A stretch of DNA of 64,000 bases from Lama glama. Its lineage: Eukaryota. Below are positions 51,851 through 64,000 of this stretch, in pieces. The first letter of the stretch is position 1, and each line of letters starts with the position of its first letter. The DNA lies in NCBI GenBank assembly GCA_028534125.1, contig CM052817.1, forward strand, positions 54,128,001 through 54,192,000, in the 5' to 3' direction. The notes beneath the pieces were generated by a model. The model was not told the origin of the DNA and did no database searches. It saw only the letters and a program-made list of their open reading frames with translations. The translations under genes were made by a program, and so were the position numbers.

Positions 51851-54451
51851 GGCAGAGAATGACAACTGATTTAAAATGCATATCGAGTGGAATCACCATC
51901 AGCTGAAAAATCTAATACTGTCTGTATTAAATGAAAGAATCACAGCTTAAACAAAAAAAAAATTAATGTTCAAATTACAACTAGAAAGCAAGGTCTAGGG
52001 ACCTAGAAAGAGTGGGTTTGGATCAGAGAATAAAATAATTTTATGCAGTGAGACAGAGAAATACAAAAATACCAGGAAGTTAAGTAGACTTTGACTCTTA
52101 AATTGAAGGATAATTAGACTCCAAGGTGTTCCATGAAGCTGGAGTACCTTATGTGTCTATAGATCAGACTCTCCTTCAAATTGACATCTTGATAAATGGA
52201 ATCCAGAGTCACCGATCAGTGGAAGGGAAAGTGGAGGAGCTGTTACACTACCCATGTGGAGAAGGGCTGTGAGAACAGAGCCTAAATCTTGATTTTTGTT
52301 TTTAAAATTATTGTATATGTTATACTAAACGTATTGTGTAACTTCTGGGGGAATATTTATTTGAGTTATAAATATAAATCTAATTTGTCTTCCTGAAGCT
52401 ATTTAAAAAATAAACTTCAAGATAAACATTACAGTTATAATTCTAGTATTCCATTAGAAGCGTGGAGTCCCAAGTCTGGAAAGAATCATTCAACTCACAC
52501 GATAGATAATAATCCTTCGAGCTTTCCTGCTAAAAATCTCCCCATTTCATATGAAGAGACAGTGATCACAAACTCACTCTGCTCTTAGGGCACCCAATTC
52601 CATTTGAAGCAACAAGTTCTTCCCCATGTTGAGAAAAGTGTGATATCTATACTCTTGCATTCTCCACTCACTTGTCTAAATTCTATAAAAAATGGGCTAT
52701 TTGCAAAACACAATAAGCTACTCCTAGAAAACACTGGGCTTCACAGATATTTGAAGGCTTCATATCAAAAATGTCTCTTTTCTTCTCCAGATTCATAAAG
52801 GGAAAGGTTTCTTTCAAATTAACTATGAAAAGTACTCCACAATGTTGTGACATGAACTGTACTTGGAGGACAGTCCCCTTATACTCCACACCCATCCCCT
52901 TTTGAGACCACATTTTCAAACTTTTTGTATATAATTTTAAGATGTCTCAAAGAATCTCAATTCTAGGGCAGGAAGCAATGATAAGGCTAATACATCTTGT
53001 TCTTCTTTCTTTTAGACCTTCTTCAAAGGAAGAAACACTTCATTCTTAACTTCTTTAAAAATTGTGTTTAAAAAAAAAGAGGGACTCAATATTTTTTAAA
53101 ATTCTGAACTGCTTTAATCATAAATGATATTAAATATTCATCATAAGCAATGTGAGTTATTGCCATACTTAAGTTGTCCATATACTTACTTCATATTCAG
53201 ATGTTTTTACTATTTAAACACTTTGATTCTGCTTTCCTAGTGGGCAAGCATGAAATATAAAAATTAATATTTCACAACCTACTAAAATAGTCAAAATATT
53301 TCCCCTACATTTATGTGTGGACTACAAACATCAAAGGCCATCAGAGCATCCAAGTTTCTGAATATTGGTTGTGGGTAAATATGAGGCAAGAAGTAAGAAA
53401 GGGAAGAATAAGGAACATTATTCCTTAGAGGTAAAGTATTTGTGATGGTAGGCCTGGAGTTTTCATCTTACCTGTGGAGCTTACAATTGAAATAAATATC
53501 AAATATATCAGATTTCAATGATATGTGCTTTCAAAGATCAAAACTGATTTATAAATAATTTAAAAGATACTAAGTAAGCATTTTTTTCAAACAATTTCCA
53601 CTGCTACTAATTTCTTGTTCACCTTAGATGAGCAGCTATATAATTCAGTCAATTACTCAGCTTCTTCCTCCAAACATCTATTGATCATAATCATGAGCCT
53701 CGAATCTAGACCCCACAATGGGCTGCAGTACTATTTGTAAGGAGAGAGAAATGCTTACAACAAGACATCATCAGAGCATCATCTGCCAGAGTTACAAGTG
53801 GTTTAACTTTCATATTCACAAATCATTTGTTTTCGTGTACTGGGGTAATATTTGACCATAGCTTTTAAAATAATTAGCTAATTATGAGCCTTACAGAGTT
53901 TTAAATGCAGTGTAATTACAGCTATGACCCTAACCTACATATTAAATTCTGCCTTTCACTATTATCTCTTGAGTACAAAACTTGTTCTCTATACATAACT
54001 GCCTAATCCTTTGTTCAAATAATCCTTCTTAATAGGAAATTCTTTCCCTTACAGCTCAGGCTTCAAAATGATACTCTCAGCATCATTCTTCCCATATTTT
54101 TTCTAAACTGCTCACAATGTATATAATCAGCACCAAGTTTCACACTACTTCCCCTCTATTCTGTACTTAAATCTAAAATTTTAACTCTACTTTTAAATTA
54201 AATCTTCTAAATACTTAAAGTCTTGGTTTCTTTTTTATTTCCAAGATTTAAGCAAACACAGTATTGCCTTCGTCCTTAAATAAAATTTTATCAGTGTTAC
54301 TTCTTTTGTTTTCTTCTTTTGTTTCTAGCTCATTCTTCTTGATGCTGTTTTCCTTGGTTTATTTCTTTTTTTTTTTTTTGAAGGGAATACATATAATTTA
54401 ATTTTGGCATTCAGAAATCACTTTGACTTTTTTTTTTCAGTGAATATATTC

Positions 54452-54960
54452 ACTTTTTTTTAACATTTTTTATTGATTCATAATCATTTTACAGTGTTGT
54501 GTCAAATTCCAGTGTTCAGCACAATTTTTCAGTCATTCATGGACATATACACACTCATTGTCACATTTTTTCTCTGTGATTTATCGTAACATTTTGTGTA
54601 TATTTCCCTGTGCTATACTGTATAATCTTGTTTATCTATTCTACAATTTTGAAACCCCAANNNNNNNNNNNNNNNNNNNNNNNNNNNNNNNNNNNNNNNN
54701 NNNNNNNNNNNNNNNNNNNNNNNNNNNNNNNNNNNNNNNNNNNNNNNNNNNNNNNNNNNNTTCTCTGTCCATGAGTCTATTTCTGTCCTGTATTTATGCT
54801 TTGTTTTTGTTTGTTTGTTTGTTTTTGTTTTTTAGATTCCACATATGAGCGATCTCATATGGTATTTTTTTTTCTCTTTCTGGCTTACTTCACTTAGAAT
54901 GACATTCTCTAGGAGCATCCATGTTGCTGCAAATGGCATTATGTTGTCGGTTTTTATGGT
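54452..54960 (-). mobile_element. Lineage-specific L1 3' portion spanning an assembly gap
   Basis: Reverse-strand counterpart of the 22.7-kb L1 3'UTR, plus 'ttagattccacatatgagcgatctcatatggtat...ctggcttacttcacttagaatgac'. Confidence 0.85.
54661..54760. other. Assembly gap (100 N)
   Basis: Run of N; true size unknown. Confidence 1.
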
Positions 54961-55358
54961 TTATGTCTAATTTAAATAACTGGTCTATAAAATAAGGCCA
55001 ATGTTCAGTAGGTGATTAAAATGCCTTTCGAAGAAGCCTCCTTGAGCTGGTTAAGGAAATTTTGATTTGAGCTTCTCTTCTAATCTATTTGAAATGTCAC
55101 TGCATCATTAGATTGATGGTTCCAAGGTTATTCTTTTTATCTTAAAATTACTGAGACTACTACCTGTTATTCATGGGATTGTCATGAGTATATACTGAGC
55201 AATTGTGCGCAAAAGTGTTCAGCTAACTGCAAAGTGCTACATAAATGCTAGAAACTATATGGAAAAACTTATAACAACAAATGGTTGATTGATACAAAAT
55301 GTCTAATCCAATCTGAGTGACATATACAGATCCATCTGGCTATATGTACATCAACATC

Positions 55359-55408
55359 TCTATCTATCTATCTATCTATCTATCCATCCATCCATCCATC
55401 CATCCATC
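55359..55408. repeat. (TATC)n(CATC)n tetranucleotide microsatellite
   Basis: Directly visible. Confidence 0.9.
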
Positions 55409-58400
55409 TTAGGGGGGAAGATGAACAAAAGGGAAAAGAGGTGGAGAGGACAGAGACGACCACTTTCATTTCTTTTCTTATAAGTAAAGGCTCATTTTCC
55501 AATCCTGCTTTCTTACACATACCTGAAAGTCTCTACCTTTCTCCCAGTACCTTCATTTTAAATATAAATAAATTACTTAATATTAACATTACTAAATATA
55601 AATAAATTACTTCATATAAATAAATTACTTCTTTCCTGATTTCTCCCCAAAGTGCACGTGACAGCTGCATAATTCCGTTATAGGCTGGGTAGTCATCGCT
55701 AACAATCATCATAAAAGTTCCCTTTCAAGCACCTGACTAAGGACGCCACCAGGCAGAAATTACACCATGGATGTTCAAACACAGAGAAAAGTCTGTTTCA
55801 CCTCTGGGTTTTGTAAGAAAATGGCTCAATAGTGATGTGTTGTCCACCTGTGTATGATGAAGCAACTTCATGCATATATGGATACTATTCAATTTAACCC
55901 AACAGACTCTCTAGACTGAACTGCTCTATGCAGAGTAGGTATGCCCTATGAAGATCAGCAATTTTACCTTCAAACTGGGTTTCTTGTTCTTCTCTACAAC
56001 ACAATTTGTTACAGTAAAATAAAACATTATGTTAAACTTTCACCAGAAAACTGAACAGTCAAGTTATAAAAGCTGTGAAAGACATTCTGAGAATAGTGGA
56101 AGAACCAAACACTTGTTATGAATAAAGCTAAAGGGAAATTTAATTCCTAATATTCAATAATAAAAGAAACAACATTAAAAGATTATTTTTAATTAGCTTC
56201 CAAGTGTGGCATCTTCCATGTCCTAAAAATAGAATAAGAGTGTGGCTGATTCATTGTAATGGTTGTCTAGATTGTAATACTGTGACATAAACACCTCAAA
56301 TATTTGTTAAAATGAGTAAACAGAGAGTAAAATTTCTGCTAGTGACATAAATTTATTAAAAAAAATCAGTTTCCGACAAAAAGATATTATTTTCATTAAA
56401 TTTAAATAAAAGGCACAGTATATATCATTCATCAGAAAAGCGACAACTAACAGCTTTTCTAACTAAAAACACCTGCCTCTTTGTAAATATAATTCAAATA
56501 GATTTAAATTAATGATAACAAAAGTAAAACCCTGGAATTTGTTCTTTGGAGAATACTGACTTTTAATTTCCCTTCCTCTAATCCCCTCTTAAAGGATATT
56601 AAAATTTTAATGATCTAGAAAATGTGCTTTCAGAATGCTGTAAGTAAATAATTTCTTTAAAAACCTTTATAACTATAGTAATAGGGCACTTTTCCCTAAT
56701 GACACTGCCAATTATATTTAATGTGTGTGTGGGAGTGGCAAAAACCATACATATTTTGACAGAGATCTGTCTTGTGAGTGAGTTCTTTCTCCCCATACTA
56801 AGTTAATCATAACCAGCATTTCTGAAGATAGTTGAGAGGAATGGAAATTTTATGTATTTTTTTTCTGGTAGTAAGAGATTTTTACCTCTTCATCCCCTCC
56901 TCAACACATACAAAATGAATGCCTAAATGCTGGCTTACAAGGAAGCAGAGATGTTAATGGGCTCACGTATCAAAATGATCGATTACATATGTCAACAGTA
57001 TATACATCGAGTATGAGTATTATCAGACATCTACTTTTAAAAATCAACATAGTGGTTTTTAATCTGTGTGCAGAGGCACGACATCAAGTTTGCCTCCTAG
57101 CAACAGCCTGTAACCCATTAAACATCTGGGCCATCACAGCTCTTCCAACTGTCCTGAGCCATTGTGACCAATATAAAAGGCTTCCCTTAAAGCAAAAATG
57201 TTGTGTTCCCTGGAGGGAGAGCATCATACCAGCCTGTTGCTTTGAATTTTATGTATTATCTGTCTTCATTATTAAATCATGTGCCCTTAAGGCTTGCATG
57301 GTTTCACCAACCTCACTATCAAGAGGAATAATAATAAAAAAAAAGGATCATTGCTAAATAGTCACCACCATTGTTGATTTTTAACAAGAGGCACAGAAAC
57401 GAATAGGCTTGATCTAATTCAGGTAGTGTCTACGATGACTACTTTCGTGGTATCTCTGACAGCTTGGAGAGAAGCAGCAATGTGTGAAAGCTGACTGTTC
57501 TTTTAGAAACATAGAGTTTTTTTTTTTTTTAATCTACAAGATCTAAGTCATATCTGGATCTTTTTTTTTCTTCATGTCATCTGTTATTTTCTAATGCAAC
57601 AACAAAATCTGTTTTGAAGTCATCTGAGTCCAAGAAAAAAAATGAATCACTGTAAAACACTCTATTTTGATTTTGCATATTATATCTTAGTATTTAACCA
57701 AACAATAGTTTCTCTAATTTAGCTCAATGTATTTATCCCTTTTAACTTCACATTAAACTGATAATATCAAAGTGAGGATACATCTGTCACTCATTATTGT
57801 TTCGTCAAACCTGGGAAGAATAGTGAAGACAGGAAATTTTATTAGGCTTATAGTCTAATTAAAAGCAACAGGCTTAACTGTGAATAGCTTTTCAACACTC
57901 TAACTTTTTTTTTTTTTGCTGATCTAAGCCTAAGATGTTCATTAGTAACTCATTAAAGACTTAGTTACAGTCCAGTGGGTGAGTCCTGAATATAATGATG
58001 GAATGTGTGTACAAACGTGTAGGCTCATAATTAGAGAAACTGTCACATTTGGGGATTAAGACTATACAATGCAGTCTTTGAAAAACACTATGGAAAATAA
58101 GTGACCCCAAGATGGTGATGTATTTTAAATTTTGCTTGCTATCCAGGTCATTTGGGTTTTGGTTCTAATTCCTGAAGGTATGTTTTAATGACCACATTTT
58201 CCCAAGATTAAATGTGTGAGGCTTTGTGTTAGGGCCTTTCTATACATTGTTTTACTTAATCCTCATGCTATAACAAAGTAGGCCTAATTACTCCTTTAAC
58301 AAATAAGGAAACTGTGATTCAAATTGGTTAAGGTCATGTTTCTTAGAAGTAACAGAACTGGAATTAGACTCTAATGCTTGAAATCTTTCTACTTTGTTCA

Positions 58401-59379
58401 ACAGAACCATGCAAATTAGGATTCTAAAGTAGTTTAGATTAGACAATGTTGTAAACTTCAGTTTCTGGGCTTCGTGTACGTATTTCTTTCTAAATATGTG
58501 ACATCCTCCTTTATTCAGGGTTCTTTAAAACTGCAGGAGCTGTTCAATATTAATATTTACAAATCACTCGTTATCTTTATTTAGTTTTCTCTTAATCTTT
58601 TCTTCCGAAATAGTAATACTTCAGATGAGTCCAATGGGCTGAAGTACAAATTTACTAGGATCCTTCCCATATAAAACCTCAAGTTCTCTTTCAATTCTTA
58701 TCTTTTTCTGTTTGTTTGTGTAAAAATGTGATATGAGTGAGTACAGAGGACACTAATATAAAATATACAAATTTGATAGACATAAATTGCATAAATTTCT
58801 TGAGATGACTCAAAAGAGGCATTGAGTTGTTTGTAGGACATAACAGAGAAAGTCTATGGAAATAAATAGCTCAATACTTAAAATTTGAGCAAAGATACAA
58901 AAATGTCAAAAAGGGATTTCCAGACACTGGAAGTCCAAGAACACAAACTACAGCAAAAATAGAGACATTTCTATTTCTGGCCACCATGATAAAGCTTAAA
59001 GTCCTTTATCATTTTCTTAAGGAGGAGTGGTTAGAAACTAACTAGAAGAACCCAATGAATAACCTTGCTATTTTGTTATGTCACCACTGTATGGTTCACA
59101 CATCAGAATAAAGTTTCAAAAACGGCCAATTACTAGTTTTTGCCATCATAATAAAAATGTGAATTAATGACTTATTTTTAAAATCAAATATACAAAAGAG
59201 GAAGTGAAGTGAGGCTAGACAAATGATAAATGATTTTGAAGTGAATTCCAAATAGATGAAATTTAAGTGGGTAAATCCAAGCAAAAAGGCTCTCTTAGAA
59301 AATGCGGTCTAAAGAATTCTTAAATCTAAATGTATTTTAACAATGGTATCCTGTGGTCTTTTCTAAAAAAGATATGTCT

Positions 59380-60210
59380 ATAAAGAATGCTTAGAAATCA
59401 ACAACAAAAAGCTTAAAAATTGAGAAATGACTGAATAATAGTCCTTCAAGTAAGATATACAAATGAGTACATGAAAAGAAAGTCAACATTATGCATTAGA
59501 GAAACGCAACTCAAAACCACAATGAGATACTATTTCATCTTGACTAGGAGGGCTAAAAGAAAAAAGACAGTAACAAGCGTGGGTGAGGATGTGAGAACCC
59601 TCATATTACTGTTTGGAATGTGTAACCATGTAACCATGCTGGAAAATAATTTAGCAGTCCCTTAAAATGCTAAACATAGCTATCATGTGACTTGGTAATT
59701 TCAAGTATGTATCCAAGAAAAGTGAAACATTTCCACACAAAAACTTGTACATGAATATTCATATTAGCTTTATGCAAAATGGCCAAAAAGTAGGAATAAT
59801 CCCAAGTTCCATCAACTTATATATATAACATAGTATATTCATACAATAGAATATAATTTGAAAACAAAAAAGAATTAGCTACTGATACATACTATGATAT
59901 ACATCAATTTTTAAAATATTATGTTAAATGATAGAAGCAAGTTACAAAAGATCAAAAATTGTATGATTACATTTATACAAAATGTCCACAATAGGCAAAT
60001 CCATAGAGACATAGATTAGTGGCTGCCAGGCACTTCAGAGAAAGGAAACTGGGTGTGACTTCTAATGGGTATAGGGTTTCTTTTTAGAGGACTGATAACA
60101 CTCTAAAATTGATTTTAGTGATGGGTGTAAGACTATACATACACTAATGTCACTGAACTAAACCCTTTAAATGGATGAGCTTTATGTTAAATGAACCTCA
60201 ATAAAGATAT
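59380..60210 (+). mobile_element. Old L1 (L1MB-type) ORF2 end and 3'UTR
   Basis: 'cattagagaaacgcaactcaaaaccacaatgagatac...ggtgaggatgtg...ccacacaaaaacttgtacatgaat...cctcaataaa'. Confidence 0.85.
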
Positions 60211-60284
60211 TTTTTAATCTCCATTTACACATTAAAAAAGATATTGGTGCATCAGATCCTGCCTTTTTTTTTTTTTTGAACTAA

Positions 60285-60692
60285 TGGTTTCTTTTATAAA
60301 TATTTTCTTCTTCCTTAATCACAAGAGGACTATACTTTTCAGACTCATTTATAGGTGTGGCAATGAGGTTGAGTTTTAATTAATGGAAATGGAAGCAAAA
60401 GTAATGTACATTACTATAGCCATAAAAACTCCCCATTAGAATCTTCTCAATGCTTTTTCTTCCTTCCTGAGGAGATGAATGGCAATGACCCTGTGGAAGA
60501 TTTTTTTAGAACCCCTGTGCCATTAGACTGGGTCTTGGAATAAATGTGAGGGCATGAGAATGGCCTCCCCTACCAACCCTCCCATACACACACTGCCTTG
60601 GAATGTTTGGTAAACAAGATAATATTCCCTAGAAGTCATTATTAATTTTAGTATCTATTGTGACTATGGCCTAAGTTTATTCTATCTAATAC
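60285..60692 (+). mobile_element. Old MaLR LTR (MLT1I/J-like)
   Basis: 'aatggaaatggaagcaaaagtaatg...gccataaaaactcccc' and the end 'ctatctaataca'. Confidence 0.55.
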
Positions 60693-60768
60693 ATTGTTCA
60701 AAAATGGAAATTAAAGGAAGTAACTCAAAGAAGTCTCTCTCCAGAAGTTTCATATTATATAATTTGAA

Positions 60769-60799
<31 letters not shown>

Positions 60800-63700
60800 T
60801 ACATACATACACACACACACAATAATTGGTTTGTTCCCTATTCGGCTACTTCCTGTCAGACATTTGATTTTCTGAGAAGAGTCATTCCTATCAAATTACC
60901 ACACAAATATATACAGTACAGTGATGCTTCAGGGATTTCATTTTTATAATTGATCAACCTGCCTAAGTTTAATATTTTATCTTACTTACTGTAGTTTTAT
61001 AATACATAATTTATGTTCAAATTATGCTTATTATTACTCTTTTCATTTTTATTAAATTTTCTCTTAATATTCAACATATATTTATAATAATTTTGTTGAA
61101 TTTTTACATAGAAAAGCTCACATCAGTACTCTGAATGCAATTGTGTGAATATATGTGTATATATATATATGTATATGTGTATATATATATGTATATGTGT
61201 GTGTGTGTGTGCATAAATTAACTTGGAAATAACTTATAATTCTGCTATTCCTAGTCTTTTCATCCAGAAACATGGTCTATTGCATGTCTTCTTTAATAAC
61301 TCCTAGTTAGTTTCAGAGTTTTCTTCTCATAAGTTCCATATATTTCCTGTTATGCCATTTCCTAAGTAACTCACGTATTTCATTGCTGACTAGAATCATG
61401 TGTGCATGTGTGAATCATATACTTGAACTCAGTGCTCTCATTAACACTGAGAAAGTTACTATTTCTTGAATTTTCTGAATACATCATTATACCCCTACAA
61501 GCAATAGTTATATCTTAATATTTGAATATTTATTATTATTTATGTTTTGTTCATCATTATAGTAGCCAAAACTCATGGAATCTTTTTTTAAACAAATTGT
61601 AGTGATAATAAACAAGGTTGTATTGATCATTTATTATGATTCATTTTAGAAAGTTATTAATTAATCTAAATATAAATCATTCTTTTACTTTCCAGATCTC
61701 AAGAGATTTTCTTCTAGGGATATAGAGATGCAGTTAAATTTTACATACAGCCATGTTCTCTTATAGTGCTATTTGTAATGGTAATGTATCAATGACCTTC
61801 AATGCTGAGCCATCAACAAATGGTTACACTAATAATGGTTCATTCATATAACATGTTAGCATCATTTTTTTGATGAGAGGCTAGAAATGTCTTTATTTTA
61901 ATGTTAAATCAAAATGAAAGATATAAATTTTATTTCTAACTTTATTACAATGAAAAATATGTGTACACACAACTGTGAGAAAAATCTAACAAACATTAAT
62001 ATTAATTATACCACTGGGTCATAGAATTATAGGATTTTTGCTTTCTGACTTAAATTTGTATGAGGAGAATTATTTGACAATAAAGTAGGTGACACTGCTA
62101 ATGACAAAGAAATGTATGAGACTATGTTCTTATGCTTTATCAGTAACCTACAACCTTGATTCCAGGACATTCAGATCACTACAAACTCTAGTATGTGTAG
62201 ATGAAATAAACACAGAAAACTTACCGAATGTCACTATGAGAGCCTATTTCTGTACAAAGACCTTTATCTATTACTTTTCAAGAACAACCAGCATATTTCT
62301 CTTGCAAATCCTTAGCTAGCCTAGCTTATTTGATCAAATCCTTTATATATAATTTTTCTGATAAAAAGACAATTTTCTATATTTAAAGAATCTAATTCTA
62401 ACAATTAACAAACAAAAAAACCTAAATCTGCTATGATGGCAATATAGGGGAAATACAGATTCAAATTAAATAAAATGCAATTATTAACAAAATTTAAAGA
62501 GTTTATTTGCAACTTATCAATTAGAAACCTGAAAAAAAGTAGAGAATTAATTAACCCTATTTTTCAACAAGGCCTTATTCTAAGCAGTCATATTAAAATA
62601 GATCATAATACAATATTTAGTCTCTTATTTACAAGACAAATCAACGAGACTCTTTCCTGTTGCATTTCACTTTTTTGACTGTTCTTTAAGGAATCATTTC
62701 CCAATCAGAATGGAGGAAATAAATACATGAAAAATGTACTCTGGCTATTTATACGAAATTATAAATGCAAGAGCACTATTCTGACATTGAGAGTGAAAGT
62801 AAATAGTAATGCAAAGAAGAGGAAAATAGATAATTAGATATTTGTATCTTACATATCAAAATATTTTAAAATTCACTCAACATCAAGTATACAACGGCTA
62901 TTCTATTACAGTAACGGTCCTCCCCAAGATCGAGAAATATAAAAAAATAAGAAATGATCTTAAACAGCTCAAATTGTCACAGTATATAAAATCTCAAAAT
63001 TAAAAAAAAAAACTCTATTTTACTCTCAAGGTATACACTTGTTACTCATAGTGTATCACTAAAATAAAAGTCAAATATAACATGTTTTGCAAGTGCAAAG
63101 GCAAAAAAGAAAATTCTTTTCCAATTGCCAACCTATTTACCAAGTGAGCAGGGAAGACTTCTAAACACATTCTTACAAAGGAAGGCTACCAGCAGGAGTA
63201 TTTGTAGTATATTTTGTGATATTAGAGACTACAAAGTTAACTTTTGAAATACATATTTTGAATTTTAGTACCAAATGCTAATGCAGATGGCATCAGATGT
63301 GTTCGCAGTAACCTCATACATCATGACAATGACAAAGATTTTCTATGTAACATCTTTGACCATAAAAATAGTGATATTATTGAAAGCATTACAAATTACC
63401 TGGGCTGGCAAACATTATAAACATTTAAAGGATGATTAATTTCTAAAAATAACAAAGTTAAGTAGAGCTTAGAAGTCAGTTTGTCTTTTTCACAATTAAT
63501 AAAACATGACTTCATAAAAAATTATGTGATAAGATGTTATGTTGTAATTTTGTACTTTCTCAAGCTTCATATCTTGTAAGAGGTTAAAAATGACACATTA
63601 AATAGTATTATAACTGTAAAAATAGATGAATAATTAAATACAAATTACATAAAACATATGGTACTAAATATATATGCATTTGATCATTGTTTTGTCCCTG

Positions 63701-64000
63701 TTAAAAACTATTTATAATAATTAACTTCTTGAACATAAATAAAAGGCAGTTTAGCCTGTAAAGTTCATGAATATATATGAACACACATGCAACTCTGACA
63801 AAAAAAATAGATTTGCTGGAAAAAGTACACATGTGTAGTTATAGGAGAATTTTTTGAAATCCTGTATTTTTCTGCAAAAGTACCATAAAAAATACTGTCC
63901 CCCTTTACCCACAGTAAGTTCCAATGATTCTGTTTTCTATCTCTAATTGTGACACAGTTTATAAGTACAGTTTAATTAAGATGAGATGTAGTTAAAATAT

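Noticed and set aside
55560..55632. Three copies of atataaataaattactt as an array (similar short duplications at ~22903 and ~33148)
   Set aside because: Local slippage duplications without regular spacers; nothing CRISPR-like in this mammalian DNA.
477..62678. Remaining 60-130 aa ORFs in the supplied track
   Set aside because: Most lie within LTR, L1 or L2 remnants or AT-rich DNA, many start at non-ATG codons, and none shows codon bias or a recognisable domain.
63400..63442. 43-nt candidate exon upstream of the 204-nt exon
   Set aside because: The frame needed to join in phase 0 contains TAA, and the splice-like signals are plausible by chance.

Overview
AT-rich mammalian genomic DNA, most likely from a camelid (tRNA-Ala-derived SINEs resembling the camelid Vic-1 type, plus cetartiodactyl-type L1 3' ends). 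It is mostly intronic or intergenic, rich in repeats (L1, L2, MIR, MaLR and ERV1 solo LTRs, hAT DNA transposons, microsatellites), with a 100-N gap at 54661-54760. There are two CpG-rich islands. (1) ~25.0-25.6 kb looks like the promoter and non-coding first exon of a minus-strand gene (YY1 motif, GC box, CCAAT boxes, GTAAGC donor at 25211-25216), followed by several small candidate exons towards the window start. (2) ~49.0-49.4 kb holds a 204-nt phase-0 coding exon on the minus strand with strong codon bias, probably near the 3' end of a second gene. I could not recognise either gene. Almost all ORFs in the supplied track are spurious. I found no convincing new biological system. The best leads are the unidentified coding exon with a stop-or-splice terminal exon, a possible spliced uORF, and a dense, uniformly antisense ERV1 LTR cluster in the first intron.
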